The notes under the pieces are model-generated. The model worked only from the letters and a program-made list of their open reading frames with translations. It ran no database searches and had not been told where the DNA came from. Positions 1 to 13,678 of a DNA stretch of 64,000 nt are shown piece by piece. Each line of letters begins with the position of its first letter. The first letter of the stretch is position 1. Source of the stretch: the human T2T-CHM13v2.0 reference genome, Homo sapiens; NCBI RefSeq assembly GCF_009914755.1, contig NC_060945.1; one strand, written 5' to 3'. Made by a program: the position numbers and the translations under genes.

Positions 1-664
1 CTTCATGAATTCATAGCCCAAACAAGTTTATTGTCTCTCTTCCATCTCAGTTTAAGTCCATGAATTACCAAAACTTTTTTCTCCTGGTCTTTGATTTTAG
101 TAATTTAATTTAGTTGTAATTATAATTATTTAAGAAAAGGTATCAAAGTGAATTACAAATTATGAAATTATATTTGACTTATAAACTACAGTTTGCAAAG
201 AGTGTATAATTTTGATTAGTAGCTGGTTGTAGAACTAATTGGTCTGGAGCTCTTTGAAATAAATCACTCTAGCTTCTCCATTGTGTGCCTTTAGTGCTCA
301 CATATAAGTACTTTTTACGTATCCATTGAATCAATGAGTGGATAAATCAATAAATTATTTCCCATCAATAAATTGAAGCTTGCTATATGTTTATTTTGCC
401 TAGCAGTGACCTTTTAATCTTAGATAAATATTTATTATGTTATTAAATTTAATTTTCAACTTAGTTTCAACTTTGCAATAATTTTCATGGTTTTTAAAAT
501 ACTATTTTAGGAAGTATAAAATTTTCGTTTTTCTTACATGCAAATGTGCTCTTTTAAGCTTAAGATTAAAAAATTAAAATCACTGGACAGCTAAGATTCT
601 GGCTAATTGAGTAAATCTACTCTACACTAATTTGTAAAACCTGTTTTTGATATTAGCAACTGTT

Positions 665-790
665 TTTAAAATATTTAATGTTTAATTATTATAGGTACAT
701 GTGATGTTTTGATATAGGCATACAATGATATAGGCATACATCAGGGTAATTGGGGTATCCCTCACCTAAAGCCTTTATCATTTCTTTGCT
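665..790 (-). mobile_element. L1MA-type 3' end fragment, with a 16-bp tandem duplication at 710-741
   Basis: gtacatgtgatgttttgatataggcatacaatg...catcagggtaattggggtatcc...tttatcatttcttt resembles the antisense L1MA 3' terminus. Confidence 0.65.
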
Positions 791-876
791 TTTGTTTCAG
801 TTTACTTATCACTTTGAGTTTAATCACTAAACAATTTTGTCAATAACATTTAATTAGGCATAATAATCTATGATGG

Positions 877-1225
877 TGATATGGTTTTGCTGTGTCCCCA
901 CCCAAATCTCATCTTGAATTGTAGCTCCCATAATTCTCATGTGTCATGAGAGAGACCTGGTGGGAAGTAATTGAATCGTGGAGGTGGTTTTTGTGTGTGT
1001 GTGCTGTTCTCGTGATAGTGAATAAGTGGTTTTATAAAGGGGAGTTCCCCTGCACACACTCTCTTCCTTGCCACCATGTAAGACGTCCCTTGGCTCTTCC
1101 TTCATCTTCCACTACGATTGTGAGGCCTTCCCAGGCATGTGGAACTGAGTCCATTAAATCTCTTTCCTTTATAAATTACCCAGTCTTGGGTATGTCTTTA
1201 TTAGCAGCATGAGAACAGATTAACA
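877..1225 (+). mobile_element. THE1 (THE1B-like) MaLR solo LTR
   Basis: tgatatggttt..gctgtgtccccacccaaatctcatcttgaattgtagctccc start; attaaa...aattacccagtc...gagaacag..taaca end; 5-bp TSD gatgg/gatga. Confidence 0.93.
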
Positions 1226-1889
1226 GATGAATATTTTTAATAAATAAAATATAATTTGAAAGTCAGATAGTTTCCATAATCTTTGTCAAAAAATTTACAC
1301 TGTGGTATCTCATGAGTTGACCTTTACTTATAAGAATATAGGTGCATTACAAGTAGTTTAGAAATTCAGATGGACTTTAACCATTAAAGTTGTTTTTATG
1401 GCAAGTCATGAAATTTGACATTAACCAAAAACATGGTAGAATATTGTAAGTGAACAATTACTTGTTTCCTATGCCATGAGAGGTTAGTCCCTTTTCTGAA
1501 TATAAAGACAATACACCTAGTGTTTACAAAGCAAAAAGTTTTAAGACTCTTGTATATTTGTTTTAAAGATTATCTGCTATTCACTAGTATTCACCTAACA
1601 TTTCTCTTTACTTCATTTGCTACAGGCATTTATTGCATTCCATTTAGTAGTTTGTTGTCCCAGCATTGAAGATGTTATGCTGTTACCAGACCAGGAATTA
1701 GAAATCTGTTAACCACAAAAAAATCAGGATAATTTGATTTGACAGATTCAGGAAGTTCAGAATGGCTATTGTACAAGGTGGTAAATAAGTTGCCAACTGA
1801 GAAAAAGTATAAGAAGCAGCAGTGTAATGTTCTGATTCTTCTATTTAAAATGCTGGGTTTAAAGTTAATTTTACTTTCATTTATAAATT

Positions 1890-2332
1890 TTGAAGATATA
1901 TTTATTTATTTTAATTTTTATGTGTACATTGTAGGTGTATATATTTATGGAGTATGTGACATGTTTTGGTACAGACATGGAATGCATAATGATTATATCA
2001 TAGAGAATGTGGTATTCATCCTCTCAAGCGTTTATTCTTTGTGTTACAAACAATCTAATTATGCTCTTTTAGTTATTTTAAAATTTATGATTGAAGTATT
2101 ATTGACTATAGTCACCCTGTTGTGCTATCAAATAATACGTCTTATTTATTCTAACTATCATTTTTTGTACTCATTACCCATCTCTACCATTCCCTCACAC
2201 ACCCCTTCTCCCCAAAAACTACCCTTCCTAGCCTCTGGTAACCGTTTTTCTACTTTCTATCAAATGAATTGATTTTTATATATCACAAATAAGTGAGAAC
2301 ATGTGATATTTATCTTTCTGTGCCTGGTTTAT
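1890..2332 (-). mobile_element. L1MA 3' end fragment
   Basis: gtaggtgtatatatttatggagtatgtga...ttattgactatagtcaccctgttgtgctatcaaata...aataagtgagaacatg. Confidence 0.85.
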
Positions 2333-4054
2333 AAAAAAGTATTTAAACATATATAGAAAAGCCCTTTAAAAATCAGTAATTCCTGAAATTTTGCTCAAAG
2401 TCAATTTAATTTTCTTACATGGGATATTTTCTAATTCATATCTTCACTATGACTTAAAGTTCATTTTCAAGCTAATATATATTTTTACAGCTGTTTACCA
2501 GAGAGAAACCCAAATTTTCTATACCCCTAAATTAGTTAGTTTGTGCACTCTTATCTCCTTAAAGTGATCATATAATGGGGGAATAAAAGTGAAACCATTT
2601 GGAAGTATCTTTATAGTGCCCAAAGGAGAAATTGAAATAACAAATGATTATTAGAGTGTTCATTTCATGGAGGTATGAACATTTGAAAAGATTAAGTATG
2701 AGTACTTAAGTGTGTGTTAAGTGTTTCTGCGAATTAATGATAGCGCAGTTGAAAGCTGAAACTAACAATTTTTCTTTTTTTTCTGCAAAATTACGTGATT
2801 CACAACTACAAAAAAGCTTTTAGTTTAAACAACATATTCTGAAATTATTTTATATATATTAGGTTTGTAATTTCAATACATCATTTCAGTTTAATAATTT
2901 TTCTTGCTAATTCTGTGAGAAACATTAACTCCTTATATAAAAAATGAAACCAAAATATATACCAAATAGGAATTGAACTTCTCCTTTTTATAAACCTGTA
3001 ATTAAATTTCAGAAAAAGTTAACTTTTTATATGCAATTTGAGTCCATAAAAATGGTTGTACAGGATAATTGCATAGCTTCATGTTCTCAACCATACTAAA
3101 CAGAAGAAAACATACAGGGCATGTTACACAGGTGTAAATTAAATCTATTTTTATGTTTTGAAGCCCAGCAATTTTCTTAATGCTATTTGACCAAAGCCTA
3201 ATGTGTAAACCGTACTAATATTTTAGAGGGCGAAAAAATCAGCTTCAGGTGCTAGTCTAGAATTTATGCCGGTAATAGAAATTATTTTCTGCATTATTGA
3301 GCAGTAATTACCTTGCTTCACATATTGCCACAATATTTTAAAGTTTTACTTTCATATGAAATGCCTTCTAGCTACCATGAGAGCTAGAAGTATGCAGAAT
3401 TGCTTGGTATATTGCATTTGTTAAGAAAACAGAAGCCGATCACTACATTAATCTAGAATTAGATGATTCTACATAGATAATTTCTGTGCTGGAGATATGA
3501 AGGTACAGATATATTTGCATATCTATGGAATTGTGAGGAAAGCATGCCATATGGTTTTGATTCCTCATCTAAAAATGTGAATAATCAGTGAAATTACATT
3601 TTAACATGGCTGATTATTGTTAGTGCCTGCGTGATACTTAAATTTTCAACTTAATTTTAAAAATATATCACATTTAATTCACTGAAAATAAAATATATTA
3701 AGTAATATTATTAAATATTTTGTGCTTTTTACTAGAATGCATCTTGATTATCTATAAACATTGCTTGATAGAAACTGAGATATATGTATTATTTTATATA
3801 CATAAACAGACATATTTGTCCCTCTTCCCCCTGTCTCTCTTTTCCTCTGTCACTTTTTTTCTCTATATGTATATGTAAGATATTTTTACAAATTGAACAT
3901 GAGTGGAAGAAATGAAAAAAATCAAGAATTGCTTTTAGTTGACTTACTTGAGTAATTGTGTAGACGACTTAGAGATATTAAAATTTAGGAGAAAAATAGT
4001 TTAGAAGAGACTCGTGTTCATTTTATGTTAAAACATTGAGGTATCATTATAACA

Positions 4055-5900
4055 TCCCTTCCTCATTTTTAAAATTAGGTTATTTGTTTTTTGTTGTTGT
4101 TGAGTTAAAGGAGTTCTTTATATATTCTAGATTTTAGCCCCTTTATAAATACATGGTTTGCAAATATTTTATACCATTCTGTAGGCTGCCTTTCACTCTG
4201 TTCATTGTGTCCTTAGATGCGTAGACGTTTACAATTTGGATATTGTCTAGTTTTACTTCTGTTGCCTATGTTTTTGGTGTCATATTAAATAAATCATTGC
4301 CAAATCAAATGCCATAAGACCTTTCCCTATATTTTCTTCCAAGGGTTTTATAGTTTTAGGTTTTATGCTTAGGACTTTGATTAAATTTTAGTTATTTTTT
4401 TAAAACAGTGTAAAGTAAGAGTCCAGCTTTTTTTTTTTTTTTTTGCATGTGGATATCAGTATTCCTAACAATTGTTGAGAAGAATTTTATTTCCCCATTG
4501 AATAGGCTTGGCACTGCTATCAAAAATCATTTGAACATATACACAAAGGTTTTTTATTTGCCTTATAAATGCAATTTTACAATCTAAAATGTACATTCCA
4601 AAGGTATATTTATATTTACAGAATTTAATGTAATATAATATTTACATAAATTTAACGTTTTTTATGTTCAACATGTACACAGCAGATAAGTGAAATTCAC
4701 TACAAGATTTTTTGTTTTTTTTTTTAAGTATTTTTAGTATATCCAACATAGATTCTGTGCAGAGAGGCAGTTGTGTTTCTTCCTTTTTACTTTTTGTTTT
4801 GTTAAATTGCACTGACTATGACTTCCAATAAAATGTTACCAGATTAGGTCAGAGCAGACATCTTTGCTATGTGCTCAACTTACAGGAAAAGTTTGAAATT
4901 TTAAACTTAAGTATGGTTATGGATATATGTTTTCACCTTTTATTCAGATTGATAATGGTCTTTCTATTCTTGGTTTGCTGAGTTTTTTATTTTTTAATTA
5001 TAAATGGATTCCGTTACTGACTTTTTGTTGTACTTCTCCTATTGAGATAATTATATTATTTTTATCCAAGTTTTCCTTAATGTGCTCAGTTATACTGTCT
5101 TTTTGATTATTAAACCAATTATGAACCAACGTAATAAAATGGACATGGTCTTGGTGTATTACCTTCTGTATATTACAGAAACAGAGTTGGTAATGTTTTG
5201 CCAAAGACTGTTGCATCAATGTTCATGGAAGATATTGGTATATAATTTGTTTTTCTTGTAACATTTTGTTTTGTTTCTAGAGTCATGCTTGCCTCAATAA
5301 AATTACTTAGTAATTATACCTTTTTTCTCATTTTTCTGAAAACGTTCAGGAGGATTGATTACTTTTTTCTTAAAGGTTGGGTAGCATTCAACAGTAAGTT
5401 TATCATACCTGGATTTTTCTTACTGGAAAGGTTTTGATCATAAAATCAAATTTATGTAATAGACAATGTCCCATTTAAATTTTTATGTTCTGTTATGTTA
5501 TTGTTGGTTAGTTGTGCTTTTTAATGAATTCATCTATTCCTGAAAGATGTTGAATTTATTGGCACAATATCATGTGCATGTGTGTGTTTTATTCTTGGTT
5601 ATTTAAAATGTATGTTATTTTGGGACAATTAAACATTCACGTCTGATTTTGGAAATTTACTTTTGCTCCTTCTTTTAAATCTGAATAATATTACTCAGGT
5701 ATATTAATTTTAATTTTCTTTTTAAAAACTAAGTTTTTAACAATTTTTCTTGTTTGTTTTACAGTTTATTTTCAAATTATATATTTAATATTTATTATCT
5801 TTTAACTTTAAGCACAATTTGATTGTATATTTCTAGTTTCTAAAGGTGAAACTTACATTATTGATTTTAAATCTTAGTATTTTATAGCATAGCTATTTAT
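4055..5900 (-). mobile_element. Old L1 (L1MB/L1M) ORF2/3' fragments
   Basis: ttctttatatattctag...tttgcaaatattt...gtaggctgccttttcactctg; tgcatcaatgttcatggaagatattgg. Confidence 0.75.
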
Positions 5901-6098
5901 ATGTAATTTTATATGTGTATACATGACTCTGAAATGTAGTAAGAGCAGTCATAGCATATAACTATTTCATTCTCCAAACAAATCTAAAGTTGCCACTTTC
6001 CACATGCCAATTTAAGGTAAAATCTAACATTTTAAATGGATAATTATTTAATGAACTTATTCTGTAAACTAACCTTACCAGAAAACATTTATCCTGAG

Positions 6099-6460
6099 TA
6101 CTATGGTCTGTATGTTTTTCCCCCAAAATTCATGTGTTGAAACCTAACCTTCATGGTAATAACACTAGAAACTGGGGCTTTTGGGAGCTGATTAGGTCCT
6201 GAGGGTTAAGCTCTCATGGGTGGGTTTAGTACCCTTACAAAAGAAGATCCTGAGAGATATCTTGTCCTTCCACCATGTGAGAATACATGGAAGAAAGCAC
6301 GTGAGATGAAGCAGGGTATAGGCCCTCACCAGATGCCAAATCTACTGGCATTGTGATCTTGAACTTCCCAGACTCCCTAAACGTGAAAAATAAATTCCTG
6401 TTGGTTATAAGTTACCCAACTTATGGTAATTTGTTCTGGCAGCCTAAATGGAATAAGACA
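6099..6460 (+). mobile_element. MLT1A-type MaLR LTR
   Basis: ctatggtctg..ccccaaaattcatgtgttgaaacct...gccctcaccaga...tgatcttgaacttcccag...aaataaattcctg...aataagaca. Confidence 0.85.
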
Positions 6461-6486
6461 TTGAGTTTAAGTAAAGCAAAAATTGA

Positions 6487-6523
<37 letters not shown>

Positions 6524-7082
6524 TGTGTGTGTGTATATTTTATATACACACAACATATGATCTCTGTTGCATATTTATCTTTCTTTTCGTTTTTATGCTA
6601 TATAACCCTTTGTAAATGTAAAAACCATTCTCAGTTCTTAGGCTATACAAAACCAGGCTGCAGACTGAATGTACTTTACAGACTCTAGTTTGCCAACCCC
6701 TATAAAAATTAACAGTCATTTTAATCCACATTTCTAGATACCTCAATTTAGCTCAAAAAAGAAAGGCCAGTCGCTTCCTTATCATAAATACATATACATA
6801 TGTTTTGTATGTATACATATACGTATATTTATGAAAGGAAGCAACTGGCCTTTCTTTTACATATATGAAAATACATACATATACATGTAAATACATACAT
6901 ATATGTATGCATTTATATGTGTATATATACGCATTATGTGCATATATAGTATATATAACCTTGTTATAACAATGTAATATAAATATTATATGTGTATTAT
7001 ATATTTATTAAAACAAATGTATGTATTTATGTGTGTATATATATAAAGTGTATAGCCTCCTTATTATATGTATATATTTATT
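6487..7082. repeat. (TA)n/(TG)n microsatellite and AT-rich low-complexity tract, interrupted by duplicated sequence at 6561-6790
   Basis: Direct reading of the dinucleotide runs. Confidence 0.9.
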
Positions 7083-7312
7083 TATTTATAATAATGAGGC
7101 TACTGGCCTTTCTTTGTTGAGCTAACCTGAGGAAACTAAAAATATGGATTAAAATTACTGTTAATTTTTATAGGGGTTGGCAAACTATAGTCCATAAAGT
7201 ACATTCAGTCTGTAACGTGATTTTGTATAGCCTAAGAAATGAGCATGGTTTTTACATTTACAAAGGGTTATAAAGTGTAAAAACAAAAAGAAATACAAAT
7301 GTGCAACAGAGA
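6561..7312. repeat. Inverted duplication, arms 6561-6790 and 7083-7312 (~230 bp each)
   Basis: The reverse complement of the left arm aligns essentially gap-free to the right arm (e.g. ctgttaatttttataggggttggcaaact; ttttgtatagcctaagaa; tggtttttacatttacaaagggttata). Identity is roughly 85-90% by eye. Confidence 0.95.
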
Positions 7313-7378
7313 ATGTAAGTCCTGTAAATCTTAAAATATTTATTCCTTAGTTGTTTGCAAAAAGAGCTTGCCAACTCG
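7172..7378 (+). mobile_element. MER58A-like hAT-Charlie MITE
   Basis: Terminal inverted repeats aggggttggcaaact ... gcttgccaactc and the internal aaaatatttat motif. Confidence 0.8.
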
Positions 7379-7620
7379 TCTCATAGGAAATAATAAAAAT
7401 AATATATTATTATTTTCACATAAAAATTAGAAAAAAGCCTGAAGATTTAATGGGGCACAATTTTGATTTTATAGTAGGCATAATATTGAGATTTACTTTA
7501 ATATTTTATTTTATTTAATGTCCAGGATACATGTGCAGGACGTGCTGATTAGATTTTTGCCAGTGAAGAGTGACAGTAAGTTATTCAGAACTTTTGGTGC
7601 TCTATATAATAGTATGCGTA

Positions 7621-7914
<294 letters not shown>

Positions 7915-7932
7915 GTATGAATAGTAGTATGT

Positions 7933-7992
7933 CACACACACACATACACACACAGAGACAGATAGACAGAGACAGAGACAGAGAGAGAGAGA
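7933..7992. repeat. (CA)n/(GA)n compound microsatellite
   Basis: Direct reading. Confidence 0.9.
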
Positions 7993-8119
7993 AGCAATGG
8001 GATCTTGTGTTATATAAAGAAAGCTTAAAAAGGAATTTGGCATCAGGGCTTTTTCTCTTGGAATGCTGCCCCCAAACCATAAGCAAGGTCCCAGTAGTCT
8101 GCTAGAGCAGAGAGAAGAA

Positions 8120-8672
8120 ACATACAGCCCATTGGCCAAATCTGGCTTGCTACCTGTCTTAGTTTCTTTGTGAGTTTCGGCTTCAATAACAAACTACCAA
8201 AGAGAAAGTGGCTTAAAGAACAAATATTTCTCACAGCTCTGGAAGCTGGAGAGTCCAAGATCAAAGTGCTGGCAGATTCTGTATGTGGTGAAACCCACTT
8301 CCTGATGCATAGATGATTGTCCTACTCTGTCCTCACATAGCAGAAGGATAAGGAAGCTCTCTGTAGTATCTTCTTGTAAAACAAACTCATGAGCGCTGCA
8401 CCCACAGGACCTAATCACCTCCTAAAGTTTCCACCTCCTGATACCGCTACATTGTGAGTTAAGTACCATAGCAACATATAAATGTTGAGGAAACACGTTA
8501 AGTCTAGAACTTCCTGTTTTTATAAATTTTTGTTGAAACATAGCTGCAATCAATTTGTCTGTACATTTTCTATGGCTGCTTTCACATTACAATGATTTTG
8601 TGGACCCTATGGCCCACAAAACTTACAATATTTACCATCTGGCTCTTTATGGGGAAAAAAATGCTGAACCTT
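8120..8672. mobile_element. MER58B-like transposon interrupted by an MLT1A-type LTR (~8155-8510, minus strand)
   Basis: cagcccattggccaaatctggc ... tggcccacaaaacttacaatatttaccatctggc flank ttctcacagctctggaagctggagagtccaagatcaa. Confidence 0.75.
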
Positions 8673-8689
8673 GTATTAGACAATGAAAG

Positions 8690-8901
8690 TCACATGGAAG
8701 AAAACCAAGGCACACCTGCTAACCGGCAGCACCAACTGCTAAAGATGTGAATAAAACCACCTTGAACCTTTCATCCCAGCCAAACTCCTAGCTGAATTTA
8801 GCCACATACCTACCGGTGTATTAGGGTTCTTTTAGAGGGACAGAACATCATATATATAAAATCTGTATATGATATACACATATATATATAATTTGTATAT
8901 A

Positions 8902-8956
<55 letters not shown>

Positions 8957-10030
8957 AATGGGAGTTTGTAAGTATTAACTTACACGATCACAAGGTCCCA
9001 CAATAGGCTGTGTGCAAACTGAGGAGCAAGGAGAGCCAGCACGAGTTCCAAACCTGAAGAAGTTGGAGTCCAGTGTTCAAGGGCAGGAAATATCCACCAC
9101 GGGAGAAAGATGTAGGCTGGGAGGCTAGGCCCATCTCTCCTTTTCACATTTTTCTGCCTGCTTTATATTATCTGGCAGCTGATTAAATTGTGCCCACCAG
9201 ATTAACGGTGGATCTGCCTTCTACAGCCCACTGACTCAGATGTTAATCTCTTTCGGCAATACCCTCAAAGACACACCCAGGATCAATACTTTGTGTCCTT
9301 CAATCCAATCAAGTTGACACTCAGTATTAACCTTCACACCTGGGACCACATAAAACCACCAGAGAATCACTCAGCCAACACACAGAATCATGAGAAGTAA
9401 TAAAGTACTGTTGCTCTAAGTCACTAAGGTATTGAGTTGATTTTCACACAATGGATGACTAAAATTGGTACTGAAGTTAGGATGCTGCTGTAGGAATAAA
9501 ATGTGTGGCACTGGCTTTGGGATTATGTGGCAGGTGGAGATTGAAAGGTCACTGACAAGACTGTAGGTAGAGGCTGGCAGTGGACTGAGAAAATTGTTAT
9601 TCAGGGTTAGATAAAAAGCAGCACCTGTGTGGTACTGGCAGAAATTTGGAAAAAAATTTTCCTTCAGTAACTTGGAAAAATTGAATATTTATTAAATTGC
9701 TTGTGAATCTCACTGAGGACTGTCCTGGCAGAATGAACAAAGTGTCGGCTGGCACCCTCTCAGTTGCAAATAGGACCTTTTGGGTTGAAAAATAAAATTG
9801 TTTCTTCTCCCCAGCCTTTCAATGAGGGTGGGGGTGGGAGGAAAGATGTCCAAAGAAAGAATTGGGTCTTTGTGTAATGATTTAATTAACTTTGAGACTC
9901 TAAGACCTGTTTTTAAGACCTTATAAAGAATTTTGGTATTGCCTCATATACCTGCTCAGCTAAGTTAAAGGACTTCTAGGAATTTTAAATTTTCTATACT
10001 AAGTAGCCTGGCTCATGTCCCAAGGTCATT
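8690..10030 (+). mobile_element. Old MLT1 LTR plus MLT-internal remnant, split by the MLT2A element
   Basis: cagcaccaactgc..agatgtga; cacagaatcatgagaagtaataaa..tgttgctctaagtcactaag, followed by aattggtact..gatgctgctgta..atgtgtggcactggctttgg. Confidence 0.65.
8817..9337 (-). mobile_element. MLT2A1-like ERVL LTR with internal (TA)/(CA) microsatellite, inserted into an older MLT1 element
   Basis: tgtattagggttct..agagggacagaac start; ccttcaatccaatcaagttgacactcagtattaacc.tcaca end. Confidence 0.9.
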
Positions 10031-10599
10031 GATGGTTCAACAACTAGTTCTGAGTGATGCGTACAGGCATCCTTATTTGTAGCATTCACATGGTGTAAAT
10101 ACTCCCAACTCACTAAGAGATCACAAAACACCTTAACATTGAACAATTGTCCCTTACCAGCAGTGGCAGCTGGGTCCTGAATTTCACCGTGAATTAGACC
10201 CATGATTCTTAGTGAGTCCCAGAAATCATTATTTTTTGTGTATGGTGTATAAAATGTCTAATACTCTCAATTTCATTCTTTAGAAATTGCACTGTTCTGT
10301 GGAAATAGAGGCATGATTGGAGAATGACAAAAAAGGGATATTAGAGAAGCCTGTGATCCTTGAGAAATCAGAAGCCTCAGCAGAATAGCTTTATAGAAAA
10401 GACAAACTTTTGAGAAAAGGAAAATTATTCCCATGAGAAAAAGTGGATCTCTGAGAGCAAAAGCAGCAGAGACATGCCTAGAGGAAGTTCTCATGCAATA
10501 AAATGCCTGATTAGTTCTTAGTTTTGTCTTTCCAGATTCGGCATACTAGGGAGAGAAAGAACATGGAAGGCACTGTACAAGAGTGGACACCGACACAAG

Positions 10600-10989
10600 T
10601 GTTACAGACTGAATGTCCATGTCCCCTCTGAGGCCCTATGTTGAAATCTTCACCATTAAAGTGATGGTACAAGGAGCTGGGTCCTTTGGGAGGTGATTAG
10701 GTCATAAGAGTGTAGCCCTTGTGAATGGGATGAGTGCCTGTATAAGAAACATGAGCGCTCATGCACTCTCTCTCTTTCTCTGTCTCTGTCTCTGTGTTCT
10801 CGGCCATATGAGGATACAATGAGAAGATATCCCTCTGTAAGTCGGCGAATGGGCCCTCATCAGACATTGGATCTGTGTGCACCTTGATCAAGAATTTCCC
10901 AGCTTCCAAAACTGCAAGAAATAAATGTTTGTTGTTTAAGCCACCCAGTTTGTGGAAAGTTGTTAAAGTAACCCAAACTAATTAAGATG
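10600..10989 (+). mobile_element. MLT1A/B-type MaLR LTR
   Basis: tgttacagactgaatgt...gggtcctttgggaggtgattaggtca...aaataaatgtttgttgtttaagccacccagt. Confidence 0.85.
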
Positions 10990-11845
10990 AGGACGATCAA
11001 AAAGTTCAAAGGATTTGAGAAATAAAGCACTGGGGCAGATTGTAACTGTAACTGTGGTCGGCTAATTGGCCCTTATGTTTTTTTTTTTTTTTTTAAGGTG
11101 TTAGGTCTTCTATTAATTCATTTATGTAGGAGAAAGAAATCATAATTTAAAAATTGGTAATTTAGGATTTAAGATTATAAAAATAGGTAACATTTTCAAT
11201 TTGTGTTTTAATAGCCTTGGTTAGAATTTAAAATAAAGAGGCATGGAAAATATAAATTATTCTACTAAAACAATAAAATCAAACAAAAATGCTTTAGAAA
11301 ATACAATTTCATGGCAAGGCGCTATGTTCGGGTATCCATAGGAAAAGGGAAAACAATACTTGTTATGGAACTTAAAATTCAGATGGATAAATATGGAAAT
11401 ATGTTTCAGGCAAGGAGTGATTAAATAAAGGTAAAATTTTGTCTCAGTTGCTGTCAGATTGGAATCATTAATTGGTCAATAAGGCTGTGATTATATGGAC
11501 AATGGTTTAATTTTATCTTTTACTGAATGGTTATTGAAAGAGATTTTAGTGATTTTACTGACAACTATTTCCTAAAATAATCAGCGAAAAATACTTTTGA
11601 CTTTTCTGGCTTTTTTTAAAACATACTTTAAACCAATTCTGAACTGCATGGTTTTTCAAATTCAGAACATATCCCACTGATAGGCATTCATGACCAAGTC
11701 ATGGCTGATAGGCATAGGACAGTTTAATTAAAACTGTTGTCTATCAGACTCAAACAGTAGCTATCAGCATGGGCATATATAAATATACATGACCACATAT
11801 ACTATAGTATATGTACAATGCACAATATGTTCAATCACTCATGAG

Positions 11846-12188
11846 CAGCAGTCCTCAACTTGTTTGGCGCCAGGGACCAGTTTCATAGAAGATAATTTTT
11901 CCATGGATAGGGAGTGTGGAGGAGGGGATGGTTTCAGGATGAAACTGTCCCACCTCAGATCATCAGGCATTACCGGCATTAGATACTCATAAGGAGTGCG
12001 CAACCTAGATCCTTCGCATGTGCAGTTCACAGTAGGGTTTGTGCTCCTATGAGTATCTAATGCCAGGGCTACAGGAGGCGGAGCTCAGGCAGAAATGCGC
12101 AACGGCCACTCCCCTCCTGCTGTGCGGCTAGGTTACTAACAAGCCAAAAACCAGTAATGGTTCATGGCCCAAGTGTTGGGGACCCCTA
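11846..12188 (+). mobile_element. MER1B hAT-Charlie element
   Basis: cagcagtcctcaac...ggcgccagggaccagtttcat...gttggggacccct; 8-bp TSD ctcatgag/gtcatgag. Confidence 0.9.
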
Positions 12189-13199
12189 GTCATGAGATCA
12201 TCAAAATTGTAGTATATGGAATTTCTCAGCATGACTATATTAGCAAGGAAGGAATCCCGTGATTACAATAGTTGGCATTTGTAAATGGGTAGCAAATAAT
12301 GTTAACTATCACAATTAATTTTAAGTATTCTAATTGCTATTATTTTTAAATTTGGAACGGAATACAGCCTGACCAAACAAATTAATTAAGATTGCCACCA
12401 CAAAATATGTTTCATGTTTGTGTTAAAATATGTCATTAAAACAACTAGGATTTTCATGCTTATTGAGCTGATAAATGCCATCACTGGCTCATTTTTTCCC
12501 TATGGCGTATTTTTATTGCTGCTATCCTGACACTGATAATAACTTGCATTATTATAATCACAAGCTTTTTTCCCTCATCTCTATTGTGCCAAACTTTCTA
12601 TTCTTTACAAGGCAACCACCAAGAAAATGCTGAAGAATAGTCTAGTTATAATGGCAACTTGAGTCTTGCTTTACAGAATTTTTACTCTACAGAAATCGAT
12701 AAAGGTAACAGAGCTTTTGGGTTCTAATACAGTTTCAAATCTCTGAATACTATTATTTTGACCTCAAAAATAACTCTTGGAACACTACTGAAAAAAAAAG
12801 GCTGCTTAGAATGATGATGTTTGTGACAAGAAAATAGATACAAGCTTGAAACATGTTACTGAGCTGCCTATCACAAAGGCATACACTTGTAAAGGTGTAA
12901 TCCAGCTTATGAAACTGCCAAGATTAAACTTTTCAAAATAAGTCTGTTGTTATATTTTATCATCTGTAATGGATATAATAATTTGGTGAGCTTGTTAAAA
13001 CTAATCTTTCTAAAAATAACCTACAAGTTTAAGACAGGGATATAGATATTGATTATATCTCAAAATTTATTAAATGACAATTTTGTCAATGTATGCTTGT
13101 CTGATATTATTCTAGTGCTGGATACAATTACATAAAGCCTTATCTATGTTTCAAAAATTTTATTGAATAATACATGAATGTCAGTTAATGTGAAACTTA

Positions 13200-13360
13200 C
13201 CACAATAATTGATGTAGTTATTATTAATCTTACTTTTACAGATAAAGAAACTAGAGCCCAAACAATAAGTGATTTGCTAATAACAAAATTTATTAAGTGG
13301 TAGAACTGGAATTTAAAATTGTCTCTTGAAGTATACAGTATTTTATTGCCTTTTTGATCT
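13200..13360 (-). mobile_element. MIR fragment
   Basis: ttttacagataaagaaactagag...aagtgatttgc...aagtggtagaactggaattt core. Confidence 0.65.
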
Positions 13361-13678
13361 AAAATATTATCCAAGCTATATTTATTTAGTGATGTTTAAG
13401 CAGTACTTTCTTAGGCTCTCCCAATAAGCTAAAAAACAAAACATAATTTTTTTTCCTCCTACAACTGATGTTGGATTGGGAACTAATAACTGGCAAATAA
13501 AAAAATAAACAAGATGCTATATTAGATTAAAAGTTTTCTATAAATGAGAATATGAGGAACATTTTTCACATAGTGGATTTTGAGCTGATTCTTGAATGAT
13601 AGGATAGAAATTAATAGACGTTGAGTTACAGAAGACAACATATATGCAATTGGATTCCCAATAAGAAACAAAATAAAG

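Noticed and set aside
1739-2272. 177-aa hydrophobic ORF
   Set aside because: It mostly reads antisense through a T-rich L1MA 3' end and has no recognisable domain.
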